Of a stretch of 64,000 nt of DNA, positions 37,190 through 51,995 are shown piece by piece. The DNA is from Mobula hypostoma. Taxonomy: Eukaryota. A program made the translations under genes and the position numbers. The stretch spans positions 70,248,001 through 70,312,000 of the forward strand of contig NC_086097.1 of the NCBI RefSeq assembly GCF_963921235.1. The letters are read 5' to 3'. Numbering within the stretch: the first letter of the stretch is position 1; the number at the start of each line of letters is the position of its first letter. The notes under the pieces are model-generated. The model saw only the letters and a list, made by a program, of their open reading frames with translations. It was not told where the DNA came from and did no database searches.

Positions 37190-39657
37190 TAAGATAGCAG
37201 GAGGATGGGAGCCAGAACACCACGTCAGAAAGTGGAGGGATGCAGAGGAAGATAGATGAGAGGGCCAGCAAAGAGAGACAGGAGCAAAGTAATGGATTTG
37301 ATGGGACAAACAGTTTAATACTAGGAAAATATGGCTAAAGGAGCATGGGTCAGTACTGTATATGGAACTATGATGTTGTGGCCATTACAGAGACTTAATT
37401 GAGAGAGGAACAGGAATGAACGCTTACTGTACCAGGATGGTAAGTGCTGGTGGGAGGGGGGTAAGAAAAAATAGTCTTACTTCTAATCAGGGACAATATC
37501 ACAGCTGCATTCAGAGGGAGCATAATGGAAGGCTCGTCCACTGAATCTATATAGGTAGAACTCAAAAATAGGAAGGGTGCAATCACTGATGACATTGTGC
37601 TACAGACCCCCACCACACCCCCCAATAGCCACTGGGACATTGAAGAACAGATATGCAGGCATATTAAGGAAAGGTTTAAAAACAATAGGGTTGTTATGGG
37701 GGACTTCAACTACCCCAATATAAACTGGGATCTTTTTATGCAAGGAGTTCACATGGGCAGAATTCATTAGTTGCACCCAGGAGGGTTTCTTAAAACAATA
37801 TGTAGATGTTCCATCAAGAAGAGGGGCTGCACTAGATCTGATATTGGGTAATGAGCCTGGTCAGGTGACCAATCTTTCAATGGGTGAGCAATTAGAGAAC
37901 AGTGATCACAACTCCTTAAGTTTTAAGATTGCTATAGACATATATAAGTATGGCCCTTGTAGGACAGTATTAAATTAGAACAGGGCAAATTACAAGACAT
38001 TAGATAGGAACTATGGAGTGTTAATTGGGAACAGCTGTTTTAGTTAAGTCCACATTTAACACATAGAGGGTGTTTAAAGACCAACTGCACAGAGTGCGGG
38101 ACAGGTACAGTATGTTCCAGTAAGGAGGAAATACAAGGATGGCAAGGTAAGAGAATCTTGGATGTCAAAGGAGGTGATGAATTTAGTCAAGAAATAGGAT
38201 GTAAGCTCAGGAAGCTAAAATCAAACAGAGTATTAGAGGATTATAAAGAAGACAGAAAAGAACTCAAGAAGGGAATTAGGAAAACCAGGAGGGGTAAAGA
38301 AAATTTCTTGGCAATTAGGATTAAAGAGAATTCCAAGGCATTTTATACATATATCAGGAGCAAGAGGATGACTAGGGAAAGGGTGCTACTACTCAATGAC
38401 AAAAGTGGGAACATTTGCTTGGATGCGAAGGATGTGCTTGAGGTCCTTCACATTAGTATTTGTCGAGAAGGATGTGGAGGATAGGGAGATCAGTGGGAGA
38501 GTATTAATATGCTAGGAAATGTTGAAGTAAAGGAGGAAGTAGTGTTGGGTCTCTTGAAGAAGCATTAAGTCCCTAGGGTTTGCTGTGATATACTTCAGTT
38601 TATTGAGAGAGGCAAGAGAAGAGATTGCTGGAACCTTGACCAATATCTTTGTATTCTCTCTAGATACAGGCGAAGTCCTGGAGGTCTGGCAAGTAGCTAC
38701 TGTTGTTCCATTGTTCAAAAAGGGAACCAGGGACAATCCTGGAAAATAGAGACTGGTGAGTCTGATGTCAGTGGTAGTGAAGTTATTAGAGAGAATCCTT
38801 AGGGATAGGATTTACCATCAACTGGATCTCTGCTGTTTGTGATATATATATGACTTGGAAGACAATGTAAATGAGTGGGTAAGGAAGTTTGTAGATGATA
38901 CAAAGATTGATGGTGTTGTGGATGGCATAGATGAATGACAAAGAATAGAGCGGGATAAAGGAGCCAGTACACTGTAAGGACAAGACATTTAAAAATGCTG
39001 ATGAGTAAAGGGATGTTGGGGTCCAAGTTCACAGCTCCCTGAAAGTGGCTACACAGGCTGATAAGGTGGTTAAGAAAGTACATGTCATGTTTGCCTTTAT
39101 TAGTCAAAACTCATCAAGCTATATTGCAGCTTTATAGAGCTCTGGTTAGGTTGCATATGGAATTGCATACAGTTCTGGTCACCCATATAATAGGGAGGAT
39201 GTTGAGTCTTTGGAGAGGGTGTAGAAGAGATTTACTAGAGGGCATGCGGCATAACAAGAGGTTGAACAAACCTAAGTTGTTTTCTCTGGAACAGTGGAGG
39301 CTGAGGTGAGATCTGATAAGAGGTTCATAAGATTATGAGGGGTATAGATAGAGTAGACAGACTGCATCTTTTTCCCAGGGTACTTCCCAGAGGGCATGCA
39401 TTTAAAGTGAGGGGATAATTTTAAAGATGTTAGAGGCAAGTTTTGTTTAATTTACCTGGGTTGGTGGTAGATGCAGATACATTTGGGACTTTCAAGACAT
39501 TTAAATACGCACGTGAATATGAAGAAAATGGAGGGATATGGACACTGTGTGGGAATAAAGGATTTGTTTAGTTGTCCATTTGATTTCTAATTTATTTGGA
39601 TTGGCAGAATGTTGTGGGCCGAAGGGCCTGTTCCTGTTCTATGCTCCATGTTCTATA
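37190..39657 (+). mobile_element. Degenerate CR1 LINE (APE + RT remnants)
   Basis: DVVAITET, MGDFNYP, KAFYTYIRSKR, LYRALVRLH motifs; tail gggccgaagggcctgtt...atgttcta. Confidence 0.88.
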
Positions 39658-40468
39658 CCCAACCAACAATTGTTCCCCTAGCACAACAAAAATACTCAAG
39701 AAATCTAGCAAGTATAATGTCATAGAAACATTATATACAATGTAGATTTACTGAGATTATAGGAGAGTGAATTCCCTTAAGATGTTGTATTGTTAGAGAA
39801 AACGAATGTTTAAATATTAGTTTTGGTTAACCATCATTAAAATCTGAGGCAAAACCTGCCATTTTAGTTTAATATTTGTATCCTTCTATTTGTTATCAGG
39901 AAAAAATTATGAAAAGCAAAATTACATCACAATGCAAAACTAGCACTTAATTTTAGACTTCTCAGATTTTATACATTGTAATTGGTTAACAAACATTCTG
40001 CATCCTAATGCAATGAAATCATTGTTCTTCTGAGGCTTCCTCTTTCTTACATGACAGTACATTTTCATTGACTTTCACAAGTATCCATCTTAGTGGACAA
40101 ACTGAGCATGCAATAATTGTGAAAGAGCATAATGAAGGATATTCAAACTGACATGGATATCAAAAAGGATATGCTCTTTTGTACTTGATACTTAAGAGGT
40201 TGTTATTTGAGATCCATAAAGTTTCAGTTTACCTGTCGAAATTTAATTCTACAATGAATTTAAAGTTCATTTCCATTTAACAGTGAATTGTAGAGCCACT
40301 CGGGTATTTTATTAGGATCTGATTTTGGGCAAAACCTCCAAGCAAAAGTCAACTCAAATTACAACTAATGTTAATTCTTCATCTTTTCTTGTACAACATG
40401 AAAATCAAATGGTAAAACAAAAAAAAATAAAGACCACAGTCATGAATTATATGTGAAAAATGTCTAAC

Positions 40469-40785
40469 CTTGAGAATTGAGAGTTAAGTTCTTTGAGGTA
40501 ATCAGACCATCAAATAGAGTTGAATTCTGAAGATGATGCATGAGCAAGTTAAAGAAATCACGAAGAGGGTTTTCAATGTCAGGCATTTCTTGAGGTTTTC
40601 CAGCCTTATCTGAATATTGAATACAAATTGTGCTGGCAGGATTAAATACTTTTCTTTTCATCTCTCTCAAAGCTCCTTCCCAGATGTTTGTTCTGTCAAC
40701 TTTGATTCTTGAGATGACATTTGATTTGATTTGCGACCTTAATTCCTTCAAAATGCTTGCAAGAGGTCTTGCTGCAAATATTTGG
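40469..40785 (-). CDS. G2E3: G2E3 exon (start of HECT)
   Basis: 317 bp, tttaacag|...|gttaga. QIFAARPLASILKELRSQIK...NIWEGALREMKRKVFNP...LLMHHLQNSTLFDGLITSKNLTLNSQ; phases match both neighbours. Confidence 0.9.
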
Positions 40786-41559
40786 CTGTTAAAAAAATAT
40801 TTGCAAGTTTGAAGTTGGTAAAGTAACTATGTATCATCATGTATTATTTCATGAAATACTCCGCAACTCCTCAGTAAGTCTTTTAACATTTTACAATTTA
40901 AAATATCAAAAGTGAAAGATATCCTAATGACCAATAGTCTTTAGCTCCAAACAGATCACAAGTTTAACCTTTAAGTCAAGAAACAATTAAAACAGAAATT
41001 TAGGACCTTAAACTCACTGATGGAATGAAATGGCTAACAAGGGGATTGAAGTTCTCCTGAAGTAATGAAGCTTTACCCTTCCTTCAACTGGTCCTTGTCT
41101 CTCCAAGGAGATTACATAACTGCAGCAAAGAAAAATCTAGTCCTAATGCTCAGTTAAATTCAAACTCTACCCTAAAACTTCTTTACAAATCAAGTCTCTC
41201 TAGTTAGTGTGATAGTAGCTAAATGTAATATACTTCAGAGAGATTATTTCTATCACTGAAAGCATTACTTTCATCAAAATTTCTTCTGCAAAGGATATTC
41301 TGATTATTACTTACCTTGGGGAGAACTGAGCCATGTTTGCTTACTGCTTTACATTTCACAAAACTAGAATCCATCATTTTGTGCATTCCAAATGTGGGTG
41401 AATTGTCTCAGAAATAAATACCAAAATTTTAAAATATCATTGACGCTGTAAAATATCAGTTGTTGATTATGCTTGGGAAAAATTAATAGTAGGTGGAAGG
41501 ACTTAGACTGGTTAATAACCCAACAGGCAAAGCTTAATTTTTAATGTCTAAGTTTTTGC

Positions 41560-41700
41560 ATTGTAGGGGAATTAAGGGTTATGGGGGTAAGGCAGATGGG
41601 TGGAGATGAGTCCATGGCCAGATCAGCCAAGATCTTATCGAATGGTGGAGCAGGCTTGACGGGCCACATGGCCCACTCCTGCTCCTATTTCTTATGTTCC
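41560..41700 (+). mobile_element. CR1 3' tail fragment
   Basis: ggagcaggcttgacgggccacatggcccactcctgctcctatttcttatgttc. Confidence 0.75.
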
Positions 41701-42059
41701 TAATTTGCAGCAATGTTTTAAAAAACAGTATGTTTGTGAAACATTTTCTAAATTGTAATAATCATTTAACTTTATGCTACATCATCAGATTGAATTCTAC
41801 CACTTGCATTCATTGGCAAAGAGAAATTTGATTTAGACACTAAAAATTAAAAAAAAGTTTCAAGGATAAGGTACTGAACTGAATTTGAGGAATGAAGAAC
41901 AAGTTCAAGAACATGAACTTACTAAATAATGGCATTACCACATGAACAGGATATTTCAGAGAATGCAACGCTTATAAATCAGTTGAAGAAATAACTGTAA
42001 TTGTCTTCTAATCCGTAGCCAGATTGTGAAATTAAACTAAGTAATTTAATTATTATTCT

Positions 42060-42442
42060 TATGTTGTTCAGGCTGTCCTCCCTCCAATTTTCCAAAGTCT
42101 TTCAGCCCCCTAAAACTGTACTAAACTTTCCACATTGGTCAGTTCCCCTCTTCTATTACAGTCACGAAGAAGAATCTCAGCCCAAACCACCAATTACTCA
42201 TTTCTCTCGTTAGATGCTGCCTGAGCTGCTTAGCACATAGTCGTCATAGAAAAGTACAGAACAGAAATAGGCCCTTTAGCCCATCTAGTCTGTACCAAGC
42301 TATTTAAACTGCCTTTTGTAACACAAGCAAAATGCTGGAGGAATACAGTGGGTCGGGCAGCATCTATGGGAAGGAATCTTGTGCCGAGTTCATCCAGTGT
42401 TTTGTGTATTGCTCCCAATAACTGCAGCATCTGTAGTCTCAT
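42060..42442. mobile_element. Degenerate PLE terminal repeats, including an older fold-back unit (42319-42442), plus a CR1/SINE tail piece
   Basis: aacacaagcaaaatgctggagg...ccagtgttttgtgtattg inverted arrangement; decayed hammerhead region near 42160-42190. Confidence 0.6.
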
Positions 42443-43068
42443 AATATTTGGTAAACCACATACATTACGGAGAGTTAAAGTTAGAAAAATAAACTAAATT
42501 AAAATTCCTTTGGCTTGATTTTCATAACTCCAGAATCCCCATTGAAAGAAAGAGCCTTGGATTTTAAAAAGCAAATCTCCTGGGTAGATTGTTTAACATG
42601 ATAGAGCTTCGTGCTGAAAGCCCATACAGTCAAGCAATGATGCATTGATAGATGCCATGTCACCCACCATTTGGAAAGTCTGGGACCTCTGAACTTGGAG
42701 AACACATTCATTAAAGCATTTGTCTTATTGTCATTTAGATGGCTGAATACTGGCAGTCTTTTTCCCTTGAATGGACATTAGGCAGCGTTAAAACATGATG
42801 AGTGTATAAGACATAGTGAAGGTTTTGCTGAAAACAAATGCATCAAAGTCAAAGATGAGCAGTGATAGGAGGATAGAAAGAATTAGATGCAAAATGGGAG
42901 TGGGAGATGTGAAGGGCAAGGAGTACAAGATGCAAACAAATATTTGTGATCTACAGAAAGTAGAATTTAGGATATCGATAGGATTAGGATATCTTCCTCA
43001 GTTAATCAAGTTCTGTCATTTTGTTTCATAATTCCAAGACAGAAAAAGAATCTTTGCCCAGTACTAAC

Positions 43069-43201
43069 CTATTTTTGCATTCTTTCAGAGTTCCACCTGA
43101 TAACCTTGGACACTTGGGTGAACGGAGTGAATCCTGGTTTTCTTTATATTTCCTCTTCCTTGAATTTATCCCCGAACTTTGGCTTTGTTTCCTTAATTTT
43201 T
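43069..43201 (-). CDS. G2E3: G2E3 linker exon (basic, NLS-like)
   Basis: 133 bp, cccatag|...|gttagt. (E)KLRKQSQSSGINSRKRKYKENQDSLRSPKCPRLSGGTLKECKN. Phase 1 in, phase 2 out, exactly what is needed to join the flanking exons. Sequence itself is poorly conserved. Confidence 0.8.
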
Positions 43202-43700
43202 CTATGGGACAAATCATAAGACAATTTGAAAACGTTCAATCTAGCACTTTTACAAAATCTAATAAAAACTGAATCTTTACAATCTACCAGATTGTTCAAT
43301 TTTAATAATCTACTATTCATATACAACAATAGTAAAGACCAAGCACAATAGAAACAGAAGTATTTTTATAACAAACTTCAAGTAAGTTGGATGGCTAAAG
43401 TGAATAAGGTGCAGATAACATTAGAAACAAAAGGAATAGGTTGTTTAATCCTTTGTGCCTGTTTTGCCACTCAGTAAAATCATGGTTACAGTGTAAATGG
43501 ACTGCCACTTTCCTCAACTAACAGCTTTTCCTGTGATTCCTTTATTAGCTAAAAACACATTGACCTTATTTTGAATATAATGTACCCACTCAGGTACAAA
43601 ATTTTAAAGATTCACTGTTCTCTAGTGATGGGTTTTCTTCTCATCTCAATCCCAATACTGACTTTTGTTCACAACAATCCAGCCAGATAAAGATTATCTA

Positions 43701-46700
43701 CAAGACCATAAGAAATATGAGCAGAATTAAGTTATTCAACCCATCGATTCTACTCCAGCATTTCACAATGTTGATTTAGTAACACTCTCAACACCATTAT
43801 TCTGCCTTCTCCCCATAACCTTTGACGCACCTACTAATCAAGAACCTCTGCTTTGAATCTACCCAATGACCTGGCCTCCAAAGCTATCCATGGCAATGAA
43901 TTCCACAGATTCACCTCTCTGGCTAAAGAAATTCCTTCTCATCTGTTTTAATGGGACATCCCTCCATTCTGAGGCTGAGCTCTCTGGTCCTAGACTGCCC
44001 CGCTATAGGAAACTTCCTCTTCACATCCACTCTTTTGTGACCTTTCAATAGGATTCAACAGGATCCCCCTTCATTCTTCTAAGCTCCACAAGTATAGGGC
44101 CAGAGCCAAACATTTCTCAAGTTAACCCTTTTATTCCTGGAATCATTCTCATGAACCTCCTCAGGACCCTCTATAATGTCATCACAATTTTTCTTAGATA
44201 CAGGGCTCAAATCTGTTCACAATACTTCAAGTGTGATTAACCAATGTTTTATAAAGATTCAGCATTATGTCCTTGATTTTATATTCTAGTCCTCTCAAAA
44301 TAAATGCTAACATTGCATTTGCCTTCCTTACCACCAACTCAACCTGGAAGTTAACCTTTAGGAATCCTGCAGGAGAACTCCCAAAGTCCCTTTGCACCTT
44401 TTTTCTCCCCATTTAGAAAATAAGTCTACCTTTATGCCCTCTACTAATGTGCTTGAGCATACACTCCCTTACACTATATTCCATCCATCTCTTCCTTGCT
44501 CATTCTCATAATCTGTCCTGCAGACTCCTGCTCCTTCACTGCCCGTCCACCTATCTTCGTAAGGTGATTTGATCTTCAAACTTGGCCACAAAGCCATCAA
44601 TTCTGTATTTCAAATCAATAAAATATGTTGTTAAGATAAGTGATCTCAACTCCAACCCTTACAGAACACCACAGCAGCCAATCAAAAAAGTCCACCTTCA
44701 TTCCCAATCTTCCTTTCCTGCCAGTCAGCCAATCTTTTATGCATGTTGGTATCTTTCCTATAGTACCATGGGCTCTTGTTTAGCTGCCTCATGTGCAGCA
44801 CCTTGTCAAATGCCTTCTGAAAATCCACATAATCAACATCCACTGGCTCTCTTTTGTCTATCCTGTCTGTAATTTTCCTCAAAGAATTCCAACAGATTTG
44901 TCTGGCAATATTTCCCATTAAGAAAACTAAGCTGATTTTGCCCTATATTACCACGTGCCTCTAAGTACCCTAAAACCTCATCCTTAATAATGGATTCCCA
45001 ACATCTTCCCAACCACTGAAATAAGGCTAAATGGCCTGTAATTTACTTTCCTCTGCTTCCCTCTATTCTTAAAGGGTGGAGTGACATTTGCAATTTTCCA
45101 GTCTTCCAGAACCATTCCAGATTCTAGTGATTCTTGAAAGATCTAAACATTTTTACCTCCACAATCTCTTCAGCTATCTCTTTCAGAACCCTGGGGTGTA
45201 GTCCATCTAGGCCAGGTTACTTATCTATATTCAGACCTTTCAACTTCCCGAACACCTTCTCCTTAGTAGTAGCAACTACACTCACTTCTGCCCTGACACT
45301 CTTAAACTTCAGATATACTGCTGGTGACTTCCATAGTGAAGACTGATGCAAAATACTTATTCAGTTCATCTGCCATTTCTTCGTCCCCCAATTACTACCC
45401 CTCCAGCATTATTTTCAAGCAGTCTGCCATCTATTCTTGCTTCTGTTTTACTTTTCATATATCTGAAAAAAAAACTTCTGCATCCTCTTATATTATTGGC
45501 TAACTGACCATCATATTTCATCTCTTCTCTCTATGGCTTTTTACTTGCCTTCTGTTGATTTCCCAATCCTTTAACATCCCACTCAGTTTTGCTATATTAA
45601 AGCCCTCTCTTTTGGTTTTATGCTGATATGACTTCCCTAGTCAGCCACCCTTTATTTCATCAATCCTTTAAAATACTTCTTTGGAATTTATCTATCCTGT
45701 GCTTTCCGAATTGCTCCCAGAAACCCCAGCCATTGCTGTTCTGCTGTCACCTATGCTCATGTCCCCTTCCAATGTACTTTGGCCAGCTCCCCTCTCATGC
45801 CTCTGTAATTCTCTTTACTCCATAGTAATACTAATTTAACTTTAGCTTCTCCTCTCCAGCTGCAGGGTGTATGTTATCATATTATCATCACTGCCTCCGA
45901 AGGGCTCCTTTACCTTACACTCGCTCAATAAATCCGGTTCATAAAACACCCAATCCAGAATTGCCTTTTTTCCTAGTGGGCTCAACCACAAGCATCTCTA
46001 CAAAGCCATCTCACAGGCATTCTACAAATTTCCTCTCTTGGGTCCAGCACCAACCTTATTTTTCCCCAATATACCTGAATAATTAAATTCTCCATGACTA
46101 TTATTGCCCCCTTTACATGCTTTTTCTCCCATTGTAATTTGTACCCCACATCCTAGCTACTGTTCTGAGGCCTGTATATAAATCCCATCAGGGTCTTTTT
46201 ACCCTTGCATTTTCCTAACTTTACCCACGAGGATTATGTGTCTTCCAATTCTACGTCAGCTCTTTTAAGGATTCAAATAAATTTTTTGCCAACGGAGCCA
46301 ATCCAACCCCCTCTGCCTACCTGCCCGCCCTTTTGATACAATATGTATCCTTGGATGTTAAGCTCCCAACTACGATCTTCATAGAACCCCGACTTAGGGA
46401 TGCCCACAACATCATACACGCCAATCTGTAACTGCACTACAAGATCACCTATCTTATTCTGTATACTGCAAGCATTCAAATGCAACTCCTTCAGTCCTGT
46501 CTTCATCACCCTTTTCAATTTTGCCCTCTTGTAACAATTCAACTCATGCACTGACTGCAATTTTGTCCTATCATCTGCATGTCCTTCCTCAGTCTAACAA
46601 TACATTGCATCTTACTTGTATATCAACTACTCCATCCTCAGCCCCATCACTCCAGTTCTCATCCCCCTACCAAATTAGTTCAAATCCTCTGGCAAACCTA

Positions 46701-47700
46701 CTTGCAATGATATTAGCCCTCCTTGAGTTCTGGTGTAATCTATCCCTTTTGTACAGGTCATATCTTCCCCAGAAGACATTCCAACGATTTAGAAATCAGC
46801 AATCCTGCCCACCACACCAATTCTTAAGCCATGCATTTATCTGCCAAATCAACCTATTCTTACTCTCACTGCCGCGTGGCACAGGCAGCAATCCAGAGAT
46901 TACTATCCTGGAGACTATGCTTTTCAGCTTTCTACTCCCTATATTCTCCTTCAGGACCTCAAACCCTTTTGCTACCCATGTCATTGGTACCAATATGTAC
47001 CACAACTTCAGGCTGTTCACCCTCATCCAATAGAATGCTGTGGACCCGATTTGACTCTGGGACCTGGAAGGCAACATATACCTGAGTGTCTTTTTCACAT
47101 CCACAGAATCTCCTGTACTCTCCTTTAACTACTGAATACCCTATTACCGCTGCACTCCCTTCCTCTCACCCACTGAGCCAGACTCAGTGCCATTGACAAG
47201 GTCGCTGCGGCTTCCCCAGTAGGTAACACCCCACAACCCCCCAACACTATCCAAAGCACTATACTTAATATTGAGGGAATGACCACAGGGCTACTTTGCA
47301 GTGGCTGCTTATTCCCTTTCCTTCTCCTGACAGTCACCTAGCTACCTGTCTCCTGCTGCTTAAGGGTGAGTACCTCCCTGCAGCTCCCATGTGATCCAAA
47401 GGTCATCCAACTGCAGGTCCAGTTTCTTAGCATAGTCTCTAAAGAGCTGTAGTTCAATAGACTTTGTGCAGATGTAATTATCAGGGAGACTGGAGGTCTC
47501 CCAGATTTCCCACATTTCACATGACAAATATACCACTAAACCTGGACCCATTCTCCCTGCACTAGATACATACTAATAGAAAAAAAAACTCACTAGAAAC
47601 TCACTTCAAGCCTTCACCCCTTCTTGTGTCACTTCTTTAACCAAAGCCTGATCACTCACAGAATGGCTGTGCCCACAATGGTCACTTCACAACTTTTTAT
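43701..47700 (-). mobile_element. Near full-length degenerate CR1 LINE
   Basis: Minus-strand ORF1 (CEMWEIWE, LDLQLDDL, IVISGLLPVPR), APE (LNACSIQNKI), RT (YVDFQKAFDKV) and tail at 43701. Confidence 0.92.
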
Positions 47701-49452
47701 TGGCCTTTGCCAAATGCCTAATAGACCATGATTGAAGGTCGCCCTATAAAACTTAAGAATTTTATGTTTCATTGAAATTAACTAATTCTTCTTGCACCAA
47801 ATTGGCTCACTCCCTCCTTAAAGGTATCAATTTGGTGACCTACATTGAGTCTCCTGTGATAGAAACATAGCTTTCTTTAGATCAGGAGACAAGACATTTA
47901 CCAAATTTTTTAGGTGGTGTCTCACAAGGGCTCCATATAATTGCAGCAAAGTGTGTTTATTCTTATACTGAAATTTGTTTACAATATAGGTGAACATCTT
48001 GTTCACTCTTGTTCACCTTCCTAATTGCTTACTATACCAGCACATAAACTTGAATTGAGTTGTGTACAAGTATCTTTCTGTCCCTGTATACATACATCCT
48101 TGTTTTCAATCATATCATACAAAGCCATTTTTGAAGCAAATGAAGATGGATGGAGCTAGGACACTGCCCTCAGGAATTCCTGCTGCGAAATTCCTGGAAC
48201 TGGAATGATTGACCTTTAACAACCACAATTCTTTGAGGACTGTTCCAATCACTTAATTGTTTACCATCGACCATGTTCATCAAGGAGCTTTGGTGAACAT
48301 CTCTGCTGATGACTGATGAGTATTTAGCCAGATTAGATTTAAATCACAATTTTTCAATATTTATATATTCAGCCATTAGTCTGTCATCCTGCAATCATGT
48401 CTCTGTAATGGTCATCAGATCATATTTCTAATTGTATTTTCTGTTCTTTTGTTCTGAATTTTGTGTCCACATACAGTTTTGCAAACTCTAGCTTTACCCA
48501 CTGATTTATTCTTATAGTTATATTCTCTATTCCATCCCCTCAATCTATCTGTTCCATCATTGTTAGCTTCTCTACTGATTTACCATATCTTCTTTGATCC
48601 CTTGCTCCTAACTATTTAGTTTAAAATCCTCCCTACTTCTCTTTCTTCACTGATTCCAACATGACTCAAGTACAGACTGTTGTAATGTGCCATTCCCACT
48701 TTCTTGACCACTGGGGCCAGCACTGATGAACAGGAATTCACTTCCATCAGTACTTAAGGCCTGCATTCATTTCACCAATCTTATTTGCCCTCTGTGTCAA
48801 CATACATGTGGCTTAGAAAATTATCCAAAGGTGTTTTCAATTTTCCTTTTTAATTTGATGCCTAGTTCTCCATACTAACTGTTTTTATTTGCTTATGTGG
48901 TGCTTTCTCTTGTGGTGCTCCTTGGAAGCTTGGATCCACATGGAATGTTTGCTTAAAACAGCACAGGTGAGAAGTGATTGGCAAAGAGGTAATATTTGTC
49001 ATTTAATCCAAAATGAGATCCCAAAGATGGTCACTAATGAATCTAGATGCTGTCTGAAATGCTGAGTTCTTCCTGCATTACTCAATACTTTAACATGGTA
49101 GCTATAATGAACCCACAATGGTCCAGTGTATTTTATGATTAATAAAGCACTTCTAGAGTCCAATTAGGATAAAACGAAGTATGGTGAGTGGTAGCTTATG
49201 GAGAAGTGACAAGAATTTACTGAGTCACATGACCAGACACATCTTGCAATTCTACGCATGATAGTGGAGGATAACTATAGTGCGAATATATCTGACTGAA
49301 TTTTAAGAAGTTCTTTGAATAAAGTTCCATACAAGTTTCAAGACCATTTATTCAGTAATGTGAAAGATCAAAACAAGTGATGACCTAGAATTGACGGAAG
49401 CAACTTCTTAGCCATTTTCATGCTTTAAGTAGAAATGTTATTTGTAAATTAC

Positions 49453-49577
49453 CTGACTTGTACACAATCTCTCTGCACTCGGGACACTCCCAACTTTCCA
49501 AACAGCTTGCCAACAATGAACAGGCCTGATGAGTTCCACTGGAGCCACAGTACTTACAAAGTACAATGTCCCATTTA
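49453..49577 (-). CDS. G2E3: G2E3 exon (third PHD/RING finger, C-terminal half)
   Basis: 125 bp, ttttcag|...|gtaatt. KWDIVLCKYCGSSGTHQACSLLASCLESWECPECREIVYKS. Confidence 0.94.
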
Positions 49578-50019
49578 CTGAAAAAAGTACTGTTATTAAT
49601 TTCTTTCAAAAATATTTTTCATTACATTAACTGTGTGATAAATCAAAGCCAATTAATTATTTTCTAACATGCAAATCAGTGACTAGGGTTACTTGCAACT
49701 GGTACAATTATGCAAGTTAAACAAGAACATATTAACTATAGATTAATACCATCTACAATATATTGCACAGATCAACATTTCCTAATTTGAAAAATAACAG
49801 GGTTGGTATTTTATGATAAAGACAATCATTGGGATGAATCCAATTATTTTTTTCCAGCCTTTAATTTAGGAGTCAGAGCATTCATTTGACAAACTAATAA
49901 TCTATATCCATCAATATGATAAGAATATTAAAATGTATTTCTGCCAAAATGATGCATCTCCTCAAAAAATAGAAGTGACAAAACAATTTTAAAACTGCTT
50001 TATTGCAATACACATTGCA

Positions 50020-50515
50020 TTGCAGAAGACAGGAAGACTCTACAACTCATCACTGGCATGAGCCTAACTGCCATCAAAGACACATATACTGAAAGGCACT
50101 GGAAAAGTGCCAGCAATATTATAAGGGATCACATCCACTCAGCTTATGGACTGTTTGTCCCACCTCCATTAGGGAGGAGACTCTGTAGCATCCATGCCAG
50201 GACCACCAGACTCAAAAACAGTAACATCCCCCAAGCCATCTGGCTGATCAATGCCTCCATCCATTACCCCCACCACCACTACATACACTTCACCTAGTGT
50301 CACTAGGTGGCATGGACATAAAATCATTTCATGTACACAAGTTACTTGTGCAATGTGTTTTGTAGCATTGCTTTCCTATTTATATTTGCACTTTTTTATT
50401 ATGCTGTTTATGCTTATTGTGTATTTTAATGCTGTATTAGATACAGAGTAACAATCATTTCATTTTTCTTTACATACAAGTGCTGAAGAATGACAATAAA
50501 CAAATCTGAATCTTG
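50020..50515 (+). mobile_element. Rex1/Babar-like LINE 3' fragment
   Basis: IIRDHIHSAYGLF...RLCSIHARTTRLKNS; tail gaatgacaataaacaaatctgaatcttga. Confidence 0.75.
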
Positions 50516-51995
50516 ATATACACAACAAGGCAGCTATACAGAGATAATAATACAGGCCGCTCCTTCGGGCATGACATGGTAATACATGTGATCAGTATCT
50601 ACTGGAATTGAGTAGAAGTGAGCAGGATTATATGCGAAACCAGAGGTGAGTAGCAGTAGTTTCCAAAATTGAAACTGAGTTTAGGTGTTTTATGTCCTCC
50701 AAAGCTTTCAAGACAAAATAAATCTAATAATATCAACGTGTACAAGAGATAGCACTGAAGTACGGTACTTTATAGCATTACTTCTATTATTTTTATATTT
50801 TCCAGAAATAACAGAGGTTTTAAATTAGTCAAACTTGAAAATACTGAACTGAAACTCGTCCTCTATTTAAGTCGCAATAAAGCAACACTGTCCTTTTCCC
50901 TAGTGGATTTCCAAAGCTATGGGCAACTCCACTCTGAAACAGAATGGATTTTTTTGAAGTACGAATAACAGGCACATTTGTAATTTCTGCACAAATATGC
51001 ATGCCCCTAAGGTGTTGTCAAGACATCTTTTTGTTGTTCTCCCCATCCCCCCCCCAATTTTGCTTAAATGGGGCACAAGGAAGGGCAGAGGGCACATGAA
51101 ATTGAGGAGGTCCCCCAACTACTATATTACTTAACTTTAACAAGCTGTGAAAGGTTAGATCCAATTATGATATTGATTCCAAAAAGTATAAAACTGTTTA
51201 TTCCTTACTTGATTGGCATGGTTGCAAAGATTAATATATTAATAATTTTTAAATTAATTAATTTAAAAATGCCAATTTACCTCTACCCCTTCCAAAATTT
51301 AAAACTTAGAGATTTTAGTAGTTTGAGAACTATTAACTATTTGATGTCACAAATAGTTGGATAAGCCGGATTCCGTACTTCAGCTGTGTTTTGTAGATCA
51401 GCCTCACTCCACCAAAGCTGTAGAAGGCCTAATCTCTACTCCTGCTGCAGCAAGATTCTTTCAGCAAATTTCTGCAGGGAAAGCACTTTATAGATGAGCA
51501 ACAAATGTGGCAACTTGTTTCTAACTGCAAATTCTAACCTATAGGTTTTACAATTATGTGGTAAAGCTAATGAGATCATCCATTTACATTACTTGCATAG
51601 CTAAACTCTATTAGTACATTTCTGATTGTTGAGAGATAACATACTTCAGTAAATATAGTGTGCTTACATTAGCTGATAAAAAATATTTCTGTTTGGTATC
51701 AAAATGATTTATTTGAAAAACAACACACAGAAAAGAAGTTTCTGGTGGTTAAAATGCCCTTATTGGTGTGATAGAACTTCAAAGTCTGAGGTAGCAGGCT
51801 CTGAAGGAATCAGAGATACAGTGGATTCTGGTTAACTGAGACAATCAGGAACAGTACATCTTGGCCCAATTGAGCGACTGCCCTAATTAGCTGAAGTTTC
51901 AGGGAAATAGTTAAAAAGTAACAAAAAAAAGATAACTAATTTGTTCTGTATTTCAGTTAAATACATAATTTATTACTCAGTTTAACTGAGAAACA